64,000 nt of DNA, from contig OY970309.1 of assembly GCA_963716395.1 (NCBI GenBank), positions 1,088,001-1,152,000 on the forward strand. Reading direction: 5' to 3'. The notes below the pieces were generated by a model that ran no database searches, was not told the DNA's origin, and worked only from the letters and a program-made list of their open reading frames with translations. The stretch is from an uncultured Fibrobacteria bacterium (lineage in GTDB: Bacteria > Fibrobacterota > Fibrobacteria > UBA11236). Both the position numbers and the translations under genes were made by a program. This document shows, in pieces, positions 1-10,359 of this stretch. The first letter of the stretch is position 1. Every line of letters begins with the position of its first letter.

Positions 1-153
1 CGGACCAGCCGGAAACTACTGCCGGGATCGCTTCCGGACCAGCCGGAATTTAGGGATATCGTTGGGAAAAGCGTCCGGTCTTCGGTGTTTCCGCTTTCGC
101 CGCGGGCGGAGCCGCGCGCACGCAGACGAAGCCGGGATTAAATTATCGACACG

Positions 154-1023
154 ATGCTGCGTCCATTATTATCGAAACTTTCATCCCGGCTTTTCCGCTG
201 CGGGCTCTGCGCCTTGGCCTTGGCCGCCTGCGGAACGGATCATGCCGAAAATTCCCCGCCGGGGACTTCGCATGCGCCCAACACCGACACCTCGGGTCAT
301 TGCACCGGAATTTGCGACGCTTCCACACCCAGTTATCCCGTGCTCGACTCGATCAGTTACGGCGACGTGACCACTTACGGCAGCGTGACCAACCCCGCTC
401 CCAGCCAAGGCGGGGCCTGTAATTACGGACAAACCCAGGTGTACCAATTCGCCGCCATCCAGGTGAACCAACTCCCCGGAGATATGCAGGGTCAATGGCA
501 GGGCGGCCATATTTGCGGACAATGCGCTGAGGTCAGCGTCCGCACCGCGACCGGCTGGAAATCGACGGTGGTGCGCATCATGGATAAATGCCCGGACGAA
601 TATTGCGGCATCGATTTGGGCGGCGCGCCGGCCCAAGCATTGATGGGAAATCTGCCGGGGCGCTACGCAGGAAAATGGTCGTGGGTCAGTTGCGACGGCT
701 ATCCCGAAACCTCGAATGGCCCCCCGACCCTATGGGTCAAGGACGGCAGCAATGCCTATTGGTGCCTGGTGCAAGTCCGCAATCCCGCGGAGCGCGTGGT
801 CGGAATCCGCCTGCGCCCCGCCGACTCGACGCAGGCGTCCTGGACGGATTTGACCTGGGCCGTCGAAGCGGAAAACTTCTTCACGGTTCCACCGGCCATC
901 CTACAAGACACCGCCGAGTATAGCCTGCAAGTCCTGCTGCCCGAAGGGCCCCGTTATGCTTTGCTTGTGAAAGGCAGCGCGTTGGCGGTGGAACAAACGT
1001 CTTTTCCGCTCGACACTTTATAA
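154..1023 (+). CDS. Expansin-like (EXLX1-type, DPBB + CBM63) lipoprotein
   Basis: Lipobox LALAAC; motifs GGACNYG, CGQCAEV, MDKCPD..GIDL and WVKDGSNAYW.LVQVRN typical of bacterial expansins. Confidence 0.85.
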   Translation: MLRPLLSKLSSRLFRCGLCALALAACGTDHAENSPPGTSHAPNTDTSGHCTGICDASTPSYPVLDSISYGDVTTYGSVTNPAPSQGGACNYGQTQVYQFAAIQVNQLPGDMQGQWQGGHICGQCAEVSVRTATGWKSTVVRIMDKCPDEYCGIDLGGAPAQALMGNLPGRYAGKWSWVSCDGYPETSNGPPTLWVKDGSNAYWCLVQVRNPAERVVGIRLRPADSTQASWTDLTWAVEAENFFTVPPAILQDTAEYSLQVLLPEGPRYALLVKGSALAVEQTSFPLDTL

Positions 1024-1036
1024 GCATCAATAAGAG

Positions 1037-1687
1037 TCAAGTGCGGGAAGCGCGGACGCGGCGACGGGCGCGCCAGGCGCCCCCCACGATGGGCAACAGC
1101 GATACGGCGATGATGCCCAGCACCACCAGTGAAAAATGCGACTTGACCGCGGGAATATTGCCGAAGAGATAACCCGATCCCGCGCACACCGACACCCATA
1201 GCAGGGCGGCCGCGGCGCTGAACGACAGAAAGCGCGCGTAGCCCATGCGCCCGATGCCGGCCACGAAGGGCGCGAACGTGCGCACGATGGGAACGAAGCG
1301 CGCCAGGATGATGGTTTTGGTGCCGTAGCGTTCGTAAAACCGGTGCGTGCGTTCCAGGTACTCCGATTTCAACACCATGGCCCCGGGCCGGAAGATGCGC
1401 GGCCCGATGAAGCGGCCCGCATGGTAATTGGTGATGTCGCCCAAGAACGCCGCCGCGGCCAGTAGGCCCGCCAACAGAAAGAATTCGAGATCGCCTTTGG
1501 CGGCCAGGGCCCCACCTGCGAACAGCAGCGAATCGCCGGGCAAAAACGGCGTCACCACCAACCCGGTTTCACAGTACACGACGACGAACAGCAGGGCGTA
1601 GGTCCAGACGCCGTAATGGCGAATGGCGTCTTGCAGATGCACATCGAGATGCAAAAACAAATCAAGCGCCAGCGACAGTAGGTGCAT
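1037..1687 (-). CDS. dedA: DedA family membrane protein
   Basis: ETGLVVTPFLPGDSLLF and ARFVPIVRTFAPFVAG signatures. Confidence 0.95.
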   Translation of the reverse strand: MHLLSLALDLFLHLDVHLQDAIRHYGVWTYALLFVVVYCETGLVVTPFLPGDSLLFAGGALAAKGDLEFFLLAGLLAAAAFLGDITNYHAGRFIGPRIFRPGAMVLKSEYLERTHRFYERYGTKTIILARFVPIVRTFAPFVAGIGRMGYARFLSFSAAAALLWVSVCAGSGYLFGNIPAVKSHFSLVVLGIIAVSLLPIVGGAWRARRRVRASRT

Positions 1688-1737
1688 GGGCGAGCCAAGG
1701 TAGCTAAAGGCCGGCCCGGATCATCGCCGCGGCTGCC

Positions 1738-2829
1738 TTAGGCGTGGATGCCCTGCGATTCGCGCAGCACCGTCTCGATCACCGCGAGCACTTTCTCGTT
1801 GCCCTGCGCCAGGTCTTCGGCGTTGAGCGCCCGGCGCAAACGATCCGCGTCCCGCTCCAAGGCTGTGACGGCCGCCGCCAGGGATTCGGCCGTCAGGGCC
1901 TCCTGCGGCAAAACATGCACCAGGCCGCGTGCGGCGAACGAATCGGCATTGAGGATTTGATCGCCGCGCGAAGCCGTGGCCGGCAGGGGAATCAAAAGAC
2001 AGGGTTTGCGCAGGGCCAGGAATTCGAACACCGCGTTGGCGCCGGCGCGCGTCACCACCAGATCGGCGGCGGCCATGACATCGCCCCATTCGGAACGCAG
2101 AAATTCGAATTGACGGTAACCGGCGTGCTTCCCCAGGGAAGCGTCGACCCGGCCCGGACCGCAGATATGCGCCACCTGATAGCGTTCGGTAAGCCGCGGC
2201 AGGGCGGCGCGCACGGCCTGGTTCAGAGCCGACGAACCCGAACTGCCGCCCACCGCCAGCACGACCGGGCGTTCGTCCGTGAACCCGAGCCGGGCCAACC
2301 CGGGGTCGCGCCGACCGTGAAAAAGCTCGGCGCGCAAGGGCGGGCCCGTGAGCATGGCCTGGGCCGGAGGCAAATGCCGCAGGGTTTCGGGGAAACTGAC
2401 GCAGACCCGGCGGCAAGCCGGCAGGCACAGACGATTGGCCAGGCCCGGGGTGAGATCGGATTCGTGCAGCACCACCGGAATGCGGCGTAAAAAAGCGGCG
2501 TAAACCACGGGCACGGCGACGAAGCCGCCTTTGGAAAACACCAGGTTCGCTCCCAGCGCGCCCAGGCGGGCATGGGCCTGCGCCAGGCCGCGGATCACCC
2601 GGAAGGGATCGACGAAATTTTTCCACGAGAAGTAACGCCGAAGTTTCCCCGACGCGATGGCGTCGAAGGGAATGCCCGCCGCTTCGGCCAGGCCGCGCTC
2701 GGGACCGGCTTGCGACCCGAAATAATGCAGCGTCCAGCCCGCCGCGCGCAGGCCCGGCGCCAGGGCCAGATTGGGCATGACATGCCCGGCGGTTCCGCCG
2801 CCGGTGAGCACCAGCATTTTCGCAGGCAT
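1738..2829 (-). CDS. murG: Undecaprenyldiphospho-muramoylpentapeptide beta-N-acetylglucosaminyltransferase
   Basis: TGGGTAGHV, SKGGFVAVP, HESD, GGSSGS, RAGAN and GDQILNA motifs. Confidence 0.95.
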   Translation of the reverse strand: MPAKMLVLTGGGTAGHVMPNLALAPGLRAAGWTLHYFGSQAGPERGLAEAAGIPFDAIASGKLRRYFSWKNFVDPFRVIRGLAQAHARLGALGANLVFSKGGFVAVPVVYAAFLRRIPVVLHESDLTPGLANRLCLPACRRVCVSFPETLRHLPPAQAMLTGPPLRAELFHGRRDPGLARLGFTDERPVVLAVGGSSGSSALNQAVRAALPRLTERYQVAHICGPGRVDASLGKHAGYRQFEFLRSEWGDVMAAADLVVTRAGANAVFEFLALRKPCLLIPLPATASRGDQILNADSFAARGLVHVLPQEALTAESLAAAVTALERDADRLRRALNAEDLAQGNEKVLAVIETVLRESQGIHA

Positions 2830-2885
2830 GTGGCTTCAAAGTAACTCTGCGCCCGGAGGCGCCCGGGCGTGGTACAATCAAAAAA

Positions 2886-4295
2886 ATGCCTTTGCCCGCG
2901 CCCTGGAACACCCTCGAAGAAAGCATTTCACGCGAACAGGATTATGCCGCGGGTGCGGAAAGGCTGGCCGGGTTTTTCAAAGCCACCGAAGAGCGCATCC
3001 GGCCCGACGCCCTGTTCAAAATCCTGCTCGACGCCAAACCGACTTTGAAATGGATGGAGCGCTTCGCCTTTTGCCTGCTCAACACCGGCGTATCGGATCG
3101 GCAAACCGGATTGCGCGCCCTGGAAGGCCGGCGTCTGCTGCGCCTGGCCCGCAAAATCACGGTGGGAGCGCCCCTGCTGGAAACCGAAGTGCAAATCGCC
3201 GAACAGTTGCGCACCTGGCTGGAAACCGGAACCTTGGATCTGCCCGACTTCGTCCGGCGCGGCCGCGAAGTATTCGAACGCATGCTGCAGGGCGAAAAAT
3301 TGGAAGAGGCCGAGATCCGGGCCGTGACCTTTCTCATCCGCAGCGAAGGCCAAGCCTTGCGCGAACGCGTGAACTGGCTTTCGGAAAACGCCGACCCCTA
3401 CAACATGAAAACCATGGCGCGCATTCTGCCGCGGCTGCGCGTCTACGACGAAGGCCTGCACGAAGCCTTGCGCCTGGCCGATAAAATCGAAGCCGGCGAA
3501 ACCGTAGGCGAAACCCGCCTGAGCCTGGAAACCCATTTTAAAGAAGCCGGACTCAACAAATGGGTGCAGCACCTATCGGCGTCGGCCTATTTGCGGCCTT
3601 GGGTTGTGGCCGTGGAAATGCAGCGCGAGAAAAAAGTGCCGACCCTGGATCTGATCGCGCTGGCGACCTTGAGCCGCTATGTGTTCGAAGCGCGCAATGA
3701 AAAACCCGACCCCCTGGTCTGGATTGGGTATGCGTTGCGATCGTGGCAGGGCGGTGGCTTTTCCCTGGAGGCCGGAGAAACCGCGAGTGTGCTGCGGCCG
3801 GCTTTGACGGGCATGGGCCTCAAAGTGGTCGGGTCGCGCGTCGAAGGCGATTTTCACAAGCGCACCTACGTCGATCTCATCGGCAAAGATCTGCTGACGC
3901 GGCCCTATGCGCACATGGTCGACGAAGGCGCACTCGACATGAAGACGCTGCTGGCGCAGAACATGGGCCGCGATTCGGTGCTCGAAGCCCTGCTCAACAA
4001 TCCCAAGGTCTACCAAAGCCCGGGCATGGTGGAGTTCGTGGCCAATATGACCCGGTCGGTTCCCGTGCTTTCCAAAATCGCCAAATCGCGTTTTCTGCAT
4101 TCGGGCTACGCCAACCGCGATGTGCCCCTGGCCCTGCTCAACAATCCCGGCAATGTCCCCCTGTCACTGTTGCGGCCGTTCATCCATACACGCTACGTGC
4201 CCATGGTCGACCTGAAGCATTTGGGCCGCCGGAGCGCCGGAATCCGTCCTGAAGTGCGCCGGGAAGTGGAACAGTATCTGCTCGAGCATACCTGA
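2886..4295 (+). CDS. Hypothetical alpha-helical protein with C-terminal 'ALLNNP' repeats
   Basis: 469-aa ORF with genome-like codon usage; two ALLNNP motifs near the C-terminus; no recognised catalytic motif. Confidence 0.7.
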   Translation: MPLPAPWNTLEESISREQDYAAGAERLAGFFKATEERIRPDALFKILLDAKPTLKWMERFAFCLLNTGVSDRQTGLRALEGRRLLRLARKITVGAPLLETEVQIAEQLRTWLETGTLDLPDFVRRGREVFERMLQGEKLEEAEIRAVTFLIRSEGQALRERVNWLSENADPYNMKTMARILPRLRVYDEGLHEALRLADKIEAGETVGETRLSLETHFKEAGLNKWVQHLSASAYLRPWVVAVEMQREKKVPTLDLIALATLSRYVFEARNEKPDPLVWIGYALRSWQGGGFSLEAGETASVLRPALTGMGLKVVGSRVEGDFHKRTYVDLIGKDLLTRPYAHMVDEGALDMKTLLAQNMGRDSVLEALLNNPKVYQSPGMVEFVANMTRSVPVLSKIAKSRFLHSGYANRDVPLALLNNPGNVPLSLLRPFIHTRYVPMVDLKHLGRRSAGIRPEVRREVEQYLLEHT

Positions 4296-4422
4296 AGCGG
4301 GGTTTGGCTGGACACGGCCGGTACGGATACCCGCTTCGGAATGCGACCTCCGGTATCTGGCCATTGTCAAGGTTGCCGGAAAGAGCGTCCGACGATGAAT
4401 TATTTTTGCGTACAGAAATCCG

Positions 4423-5133
4423 ATGTCCTTCCGCATTCACGTATTCCAACACGTTCCGTATGAAGGCCTGGGCGCCATGGAAGCGATTTTTGCGGCCGTG
4501 GATGCGCAGATCCAACGCACCTGTTTTTTTGCGGGCGACATTCCGCCCTCCTCCGAGGCTTTCGACCTGCTGGTCATCATGGGTGGTCCCATGGGGGTGT
4601 ATGACGAAGGCGAATTCCCGTGGCTGAAGGCGGAAAAGGCCGCCATCAAAGACGCGTTTGCGGCGGGCAAAGGTGTGCTGGGCATTTGCCTGGGCTCGCA
4701 ATTGATGGCCGAAGCGCTGGAGGGACGGGTCACCAGGAACACGTATAAGGAAATCGGCTGGTGGCCGGTGGAACGCCTGCCCGAAGCTCAGAACCATTGG
4801 GTGGCCCAATGCTTTCCCGAACGGTTCAAAACCTTTCATTGGCATGGCGACACGTTTTCGATTCCGCCCGAAGCCGTGCCCTTGTTTCAATCCGAGGGCT
4901 GCGCCCATCAAGGCTTCGCCTTCGGCGACAAGGCCGTGGCCCTGCAATTCCATCCCGAAATTCTTCCCGAAATCGCCGCGACCTGGCTGCAAACCGGCGC
5001 CGCGGAATTAACACCCGGTCCTTATGTGCAAACTCCGGAACAAATCGCCTCGGGCACACCCGACGATTTCGCCGCCAACAACGGTTGGACGGGGAGATTA
5101 TGCCGGGGTTTATTGCGCACTTTGCTTTCGTAG
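4423..5133 (+). CDS. Type 1 glutamine amidotransferase (class I GATase)
   Basis: GICLGSQL nucleophile elbow, WHGDTF and QFHPE triad motifs. Confidence 0.92.
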   Translation: MSFRIHVFQHVPYEGLGAMEAIFAAVDAQIQRTCFFAGDIPPSSEAFDLLVIMGGPMGVYDEGEFPWLKAEKAAIKDAFAAGKGVLGICLGSQLMAEALEGRVTRNTYKEIGWWPVERLPEAQNHWVAQCFPERFKTFHWHGDTFSIPPEAVPLFQSEGCAHQGFAFGDKAVALQFHPEILPEIAATWLQTGAAELTPGPYVQTPEQIASGTPDDFAANNGWTGRLCRGLLRTLLS

Positions 5134-5168
5134 AAAAAAAATCCGGGAGCTGGCGCCCCCGGATTTTT
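5134..5168. terminator. Bidirectional intrinsic terminator
   Basis: AAAAATCCGGG-N10-CCCGGATTTTT inverted repeat between convergent genes. Confidence 0.75.
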
Positions 5169-5188
5169 AACGGACCTGTGAAGACGAT

Positions 5189-6892
5189 TCACATCCCGTT
5201 GATCACACGTAAATACACCCGCTCCGAAAGCTTGATGTCGGCCGGCAAGAGCAGGCGGGTTGCGCCGGCGGGCAGAATGAGCCGGTGCAACCGGGATCCG
5301 TCCAAGCGGAAGACCTGCACGGAGCGAATTTGCTGCGCAGGGTTGAAATCCAATTCGAGCCGTCCTCCGTTCCAGCGTTCGCTCCACGCGTTTCCGGAGA
5401 GGAGACCCGGTAACACCGCCGCCGAAATGGCCGTCATCGCAAAATCGATTTCCGAAGTCTCGCCCGCAGTCACGGCGGTGGTCGTGGCCGGCACATTCTG
5501 GTATCCCGAATCGGCGACCGTCACGGTGTAGTTTCCGGCTGCGAGATCGGGGATGACGTAATACCCTTGGGCATCGGTGTGCACCGTATCATGTACGGTA
5601 CCCCCGCCTCCCAGGGACGACAACACCACGCGGGCGGCGGCCAGAGGCTGGGCGCCGCCCAGAACCAAGCCGTTCACACTGCCCCGGTTGGCCGCAGCCG
5701 TATCGACGAGCAAAAAGTCGAGCGTATCGGTGGCGGCGGCCAGGATGGTCGCGCTTTTTACTTCCCTTTGAAAGCCCGCTGCCGTCACCGTCACGGTATA
5801 CGCGGTGTTGGAGGCGGGAAGACTATCCTCAAGAAATTGGCCTTGCGCATTGGTGGTCAAGGTATCCGGCGCGACGCCGCCGCCAATCCCGATTCCACGC
5901 GCTGGCGTCACGATCACTTGCGCATTGGCCACCGGCTGTTGGCTGGCGCCGATGAGCACCGCTCCGACCAATGCCCCCGAGGTGACGCCGTTGGGAACCA
6001 GGCTCAGGTTCTCGGTGGTGACGCTGCCACTGGTCACGGCCACGCCCGTTTGCGTTGCCATCTGGAATCCCGAATCGGTGACGGTCAAAGAATAGCCCGT
6101 GCTCACCGCCAGGCTGTCAAAGGTGAAATGGCCCTGGGCATCGGTGGTCAAGGTATCCGGCGCGGTGACACCGCCGATCCCGATTCCACGCGCTGGCGTC
6201 AAAATCACCCGCGCCCCGGACAACGCTTGCTGGTTGACGCGGTTGGTCACCGTTCCGGCAATGCTTCCCGGAGTGGGAATGGGAAGCAGGGCCAGGTTTT
6301 CGGTGACGGTTTGCCCGTCCCCCACGGTGATTCCGGTGCGGGTCAAAGCCTGAAAGCCGGTGGCCGTCGCGTTCAACGCATAACCGGAATTGGCGGCCAG
6401 GCTGTCGAAGACGTATTGGCCTTGCGCATTCGTGGTCAGGGTTTCCGGCGCGAACGATCCGCCGGCCCCGAGTCCGCCCGTGCGGCTGAGAATCACCTGC
6501 GCCCCGGCCAGCACCTGCTGGTTGGACGAGTCTTTGACCACGCCGCTGATTTTTCCCGGCGCGGGAACCGCGGTCAGACTCAGATTCAAGGTGTAGCGCC
6601 CCATGTCGTTGGTAACCATTACATTACCGGTAACTGATGTGTAACCTATGAATTCGGCTTCGACCTGCCGCGCTCCCGAGGTGGAATCGGTGAGGGTGTA
6701 TTGCCCGGCCGAATCGGTGGCCGTCGAATCCAGATGCGCCCCGCCGCTCGCGTCGATGAGAATCACCGTGGCGCCGTCCAGCGCCATCGACGGACCGGTG
6801 CCCGCGCGCCCGGTCACGGTACCGCTGATGGTGGCCGCTCCCGCGGCCAGAGGAAAAAACGCCAATATCCATGCCTTGCTTCGCAGCTTCAT
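5189..6892 (-). CDS. Secreted protein with ~5 carboxypeptidase-regulatory-like (transthyretin-fold) repeats and C-terminal sorting tail
   Basis: Start MKLRSK at 6892 with purine-rich RBS; signal peptide; repeated G.ISG.V...L.GA.V.L...T.T.AQG.Y/F units; tail VFRLDG. Confidence 0.8.
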   Translation of the reverse strand: MKLRSKAWILAFFPLAAGAATISGTVTGRAGTGPSMALDGATVILIDASGGAHLDSTATDSAGQYTLTDSTSGARQVEAEFIGYTSVTGNVMVTNDMGRYTLNLSLTAVPAPGKISGVVKDSSNQQVLAGAQVILSRTGGLGAGGSFAPETLTTNAQGQYVFDSLAANSGYALNATATGFQALTRTGITVGDGQTVTENLALLPIPTPGSIAGTVTNRVNQQALSGARVILTPARGIGIGGVTAPDTLTTDAQGHFTFDSLAVSTGYSLTVTDSGFQMATQTGVAVTSGSVTTENLSLVPNGVTSGALVGAVLIGASQQPVANAQVIVTPARGIGIGGGVAPDTLTTNAQGQFLEDSLPASNTAYTVTVTAAGFQREVKSATILAAATDTLDFLLVDTAAANRGSVNGLVLGGAQPLAAARVVLSSLGGGGTVHDTVHTDAQGYYVIPDLAAGNYTVTVADSGYQNVPATTTAVTAGETSEIDFAMTAISAAVLPGLLSGNAWSERWNGGRLELDFNPAQQIRSVQVFRLDGSRLHRLILPAGATRLLLPADIKLSERVYLRVINGM

Positions 6893-7112
6893 TCTCTCCC
6901 CCTCTCCTACCGAAACTCGTGCCCGTCGTCTCGGGCCATTCGGGTTGAAAGGGGAGCAAAAGGCATTCCAGGGCGGAAATGAAACCGCGTCACGAAATTT
7001 GCTTTGAATCACGACAATTCAACCGCCGGCTTGGCCCGAAACCGCCGTATTCAATTCCCGCGTACGCTCCGGTACATTTGCTGACCCGAAACGAACATCT
7101 CCGATGGAAACG

Positions 7113-9257
7113 TCAGGGATGCAAATAGCCTGCGCGTTTGATGAAGGAAAAGGTCGAAGCCGTGACATGCGACTCGTTGCCGCCGTCGTTGTAATCTTCG
7201 GCGATGGTATGGATGGTGGTTTTCAAAATGTAGACCCCCGTGCCCAGCTGACCGCCGTCATGCGCCACGGGCGGCACCGTCATCACCGAAACCACGGAAT
7301 CCGAACCGGGTGTGCGGGCCGCATTCCAGGCGGCACTGTCGACCTCTCCCGCGAACTTGTTCACGTACTGGCCCAGATGGTCGTAGACGAGCATCTGATA
7401 GGTGTAAGGCGCCTTGGTGGTGAGTACGAAGCTCATGCCCCGGTTCGGCGGCAAAGACGGAGCCAATCCGCAATTGGTGACGCACTGACCACCTTTTACC
7501 ACAACCGAGTCGTTGGCGAGGTGGATGACGGTGTCGATGCCCGCGTAAATGACTAGGTCTTTGGGGTTGACGCCACCGAGGTCCGTACCACGGGTGACGG
7601 GCTGCAGGGTGTTCACCTGAATAATTCCCGCCAAGCTCGGAATTTTGCTGCTGGGCAATAAATAAGAAGCAAAATCGCGCGGATCGCGCGGATGCACCCA
7701 ATACAAGGTCACCACGCCGTTGGCATCGGCTTCGAGCGTGCCATCTTTGGGCGTGGGGGTGTTGTCGCGGCCATTGAACGGCTCGGATTTTTGAAAGGTG
7801 GTGACGCCCCCGGCGCTGCCGGTTTGCGGCAGCACCACGTATTCCGAGTCACCCCAACGCGAACCCAAGGCCGAATCCTTGGAGGCGGCCGATATCGTGA
7901 CCGAGCTCAAATCGGTGCCGCTGCGTTTGAGCTGAATGGTGTACGCATTCGAAGTCGCCGAGTACACCGAATCCCGCCCGCCTTGGGGGTTCAGCATCAC
8001 CAAGGTCGTTGGATCGTAGCATTCCAGGCTGGCGGTAGACTGTGCGGCCGTAGGGCCGGTGGCGTTGATGTTGAAGGAAAAATTCTCCACATTGCCGTCG
8101 GATTGGGTGACCTTGACGGTGATGGTATTGGCGCCCTTGTTCAGGGCGATAATGCTGTCCAAAGCAAGGTTCAAGTTGCCGTTGGCGTCGAAAGACATGC
8201 CTCCGGCCACGCTGGTTTGGCCCACCGTGGTATTGGTGATGGTGACGGATCGCGGCACGGCACTGACGAGGATTTGCGCGAGAATGGTTTGCATCACCTG
8301 GTTTACGGCCGCAACATTGCTGGGATCCACGCGGTTGAACGTCCCTCCTGTGGTGTCGGAAAGCTGCTTCAACTTGGCGGTATCGGGCGTGCTGATCCGG
8401 CCCAGAAAAATGCTGTAGACCGGAGGCATACTCGCGTCCACCAGGTTCAGATAGCTATCCGAGGGAGCGCCATCCGAAATAAAGACGATTGCATGTTTTG
8501 CGTTTTTCGCCAAGGCGGGGTTGTTCAACCATTGCTTGGCCAAAGACAGCGGCGGATTATAATTAGTGCCTCCTGTGGTGTCCAATACGATCGAATTTTC
8601 CACCTGGGCGATATTCGCCGCGCTGTTTAATTGCAAGGGCTCCTGCGTATGGGCGGTCGTGTTGGTGAAAGCGATGGCCCCGGCCGTCGACAATGTGGAA
8701 TTCTGCGCCATATAATCGATGGCTTGCTTGATGACGCTGCCCCGGGCCATGTAAGGATCGCCGGCGTAGGTGTTGCCGCAGCTGTTGTTATTGGTCAATT
8801 CCGGAATGGTGCGGGGACCCAATACCGTTTGATACGTCAGGGTGCCGTTGCCATTGCCGTTGCCATTGCCGCAGGTACCGTAATAGAAAATCGTGTCGCC
8901 GGCGGTCGGATCGACCCACGCGGCTTTGGATAACATGCTGCCGCTGTTATCGTAGATAAAAACCACATCCGCCGCTCCGCCGGTCGAGACGGTAAAGGCG
9001 TTTTTGCATAAAATCAATCCGCTGTTGCTGATGCGCGTCGCATTGTCGGCGACTTGCACCGCCGCGCCGCCGGCTTGCAAGGCCGTTAAATCCAGACAGG
9101 CGGTATTGGCCCCGGTTCCCGGAGTGGAGTTCACCAAGTAATCGCAACGTTTCGGGGCCTGCGCCTGCGCGACGGCCAGCAGGGCGCTCAAGACAAAAAA
9201 ACCCGTCGCCCCGTAGCGTTTCTGGCCGTAAAAATTGAATCCCGTTTTCATAGGCAT
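7113..9257 (-). CDS. Secreted VWA-domain protein with Fibrobacter-type C-terminal domain
   Basis: MIDAS motifs DNSGSM, GGTN and FISDG; signal peptide; C-terminal VYDHLGQYVNK...GTGVYILK. Confidence 0.85.
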   Translation of the reverse strand: MPMKTGFNFYGQKRYGATGFFVLSALLAVAQAQAPKRCDYLVNSTPGTGANTACLDLTALQAGGAAVQVADNATRISNSGLILCKNAFTVSTGGAADVVFIYDNSGSMLSKAAWVDPTAGDTIFYYGTCGNGNGNGNGTLTYQTVLGPRTIPELTNNNSCGNTYAGDPYMARGSVIKQAIDYMAQNSTLSTAGAIAFTNTTAHTQEPLQLNSAANIAQVENSIVLDTTGGTNYNPPLSLAKQWLNNPALAKNAKHAIVFISDGAPSDSYLNLVDASMPPVYSIFLGRISTPDTAKLKQLSDTTGGTFNRVDPSNVAAVNQVMQTILAQILVSAVPRSVTITNTTVGQTSVAGGMSFDANGNLNLALDSIIALNKGANTITVKVTQSDGNVENFSFNINATGPTAAQSTASLECYDPTTLVMLNPQGGRDSVYSATSNAYTIQLKRSGTDLSSVTISAASKDSALGSRWGDSEYVVLPQTGSAGGVTTFQKSEPFNGRDNTPTPKDGTLEADANGVVTLYWVHPRDPRDFASYLLPSSKIPSLAGIIQVNTLQPVTRGTDLGGVNPKDLVIYAGIDTVIHLANDSVVVKGGQCVTNCGLAPSLPPNRGMSFVLTTKAPYTYQMLVYDHLGQYVNKFAGEVDSAAWNAARTPGSDSVVSVMTVPPVAHDGGQLGTGVYILKTTIHTIAEDYNDGGNESHVTASTFSFIKRAGYLHP

Positions 9258-9373
9258 GCCCCCTATCCGCCTTTATTTTGCAGAGTTCCGGGCTCTCCCT
9301 CAGCCGGTTCCTGTAATATACCGCACTGGTTAAGAAATAGAAAAGGCTTTTTAACCTGTTTTAATTTGTGATT

Positions 9374-10357
9374 TTACGACGCTTTTCGAGAATTTGAAAA
9401 ACCGGCGTAAATCCAGCATGCCACGCGGTTTTCCCCGGTGTCCACCCAAGGCGGATAGTCCTCACGACAAATTCCTTCGGCTTTGGGGCAGCGGGTTTGA
9501 AACGGGCACCCCGGAGGAGGGTGGGCCGGGCTGGGAATTTCTCCGGCCAGCGGAGGTTCGCGCCTCTGCGCATCGGCGGCCGCCAGCAGCGCGGCCGTAT
9601 AAGGATGGCGCGGATCGCGGAACAAAGCTTCGGTTTCTCCCTCCTCCACGATATGGCCCAAATACATGACCGCCACGCGATCGGCCAGGCGTTGCACCGC
9701 ACCAAGATCATGCGAAATGAAGAGATAGGTAAGGCCGAAGCGTTTTTTCAAATCTTCGAGCAGGCCCAAAACCTGGGCTTGTACCGACATGTCGAGGGCC
9801 GACACGGGCTCGTCGGCCACCACCAATTGTGGTTTCACCGCCAGGGCGCGCGCAATGGCCAGGCGCTGCCTTTGGCCACCGGAAAATTGGTGGGGAAATT
9901 TGCGCGCGTCGGCGGCTTCAAGCCCGACCGATTCAAGCAGGGAGATAACTTCATCTTTCAGCGCGGCGCCTTCTGCCAAGTGATGAATGCGCAAGGGTTC
10001 GGCCAGCAAAGTTCCCGCACTATGCCGGGGGTTGAGCGAAGCCGCGGGATCCTGGAAAATCATCTGCACCTGGCGGCGGAAGGCGCGCAGCGCCTCCGCC
10101 GTCATCGCGCGCACATCCAAGCTTTCTTCCCACCGCAGGGTTCCGGCAGATACCGGTCCCAGCCGGATCAGGGCTCGGCCCAAAGTGCTCTTGCCGCAGC
10201 CCGATTCGCCCACGACGGCCAAGGTTTCACCACGGCGAATGGTGATGTCGACCCCATCCACGGCTTTCAGGAAGGTGCGCGGGCCGAAGAAGCTCCGTCC
10301 CACCGGAAAATAAACCTTGAGCCCGGCGGCGGAAAGCAGGGGAGTCGCGGCCGGCAT
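9374..10357 (-). CDS. Oligopeptide/dipeptide ABC transporter ATP-binding subunit (OppF/DppF-like)
   Basis: [29 protein letters not shown] and C-terminal GCPFQTRC; start at MPAATP. Confidence 0.93.
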   Translation of the reverse strand: MPAATPLLSAAGLKVYFPVGRSFFGPRTFLKAVDGVDITIRRGETLAVVGESGCGKSTLGRALIRLGPVSAGTLRWEESLDVRAMTAEALRAFRRQVQMIFQDPAASLNPRHSAGTLLAEPLRIHHLAEGAALKDEVISLLESVGLEAADARKFPHQFSGGQRQRLAIARALAVKPQLVVADEPVSALDMSVQAQVLGLLEDLKKRFGLTYLFISHDLGAVQRLADRVAVMYLGHIVEEGETEALFRDPRHPYTAALLAAADAQRREPPLAGEIPSPAHPPPGCPFQTRCPKAEGICREDYPPWVDTGENRVACWIYAGFSNSRKAS

Positions 10358-10359
10358 GC

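Noticed and set aside
1-48. 14-bp direct repeat CGGACCAGCCGGAA at 1 and 35
   Set aside because: Only two copies at the window edge, with no context to interpret them.
5860-6200. Internal DNA repeat encoding TPARGIGIGG
   Set aside because: Explained by domain duplication within the repeat protein.
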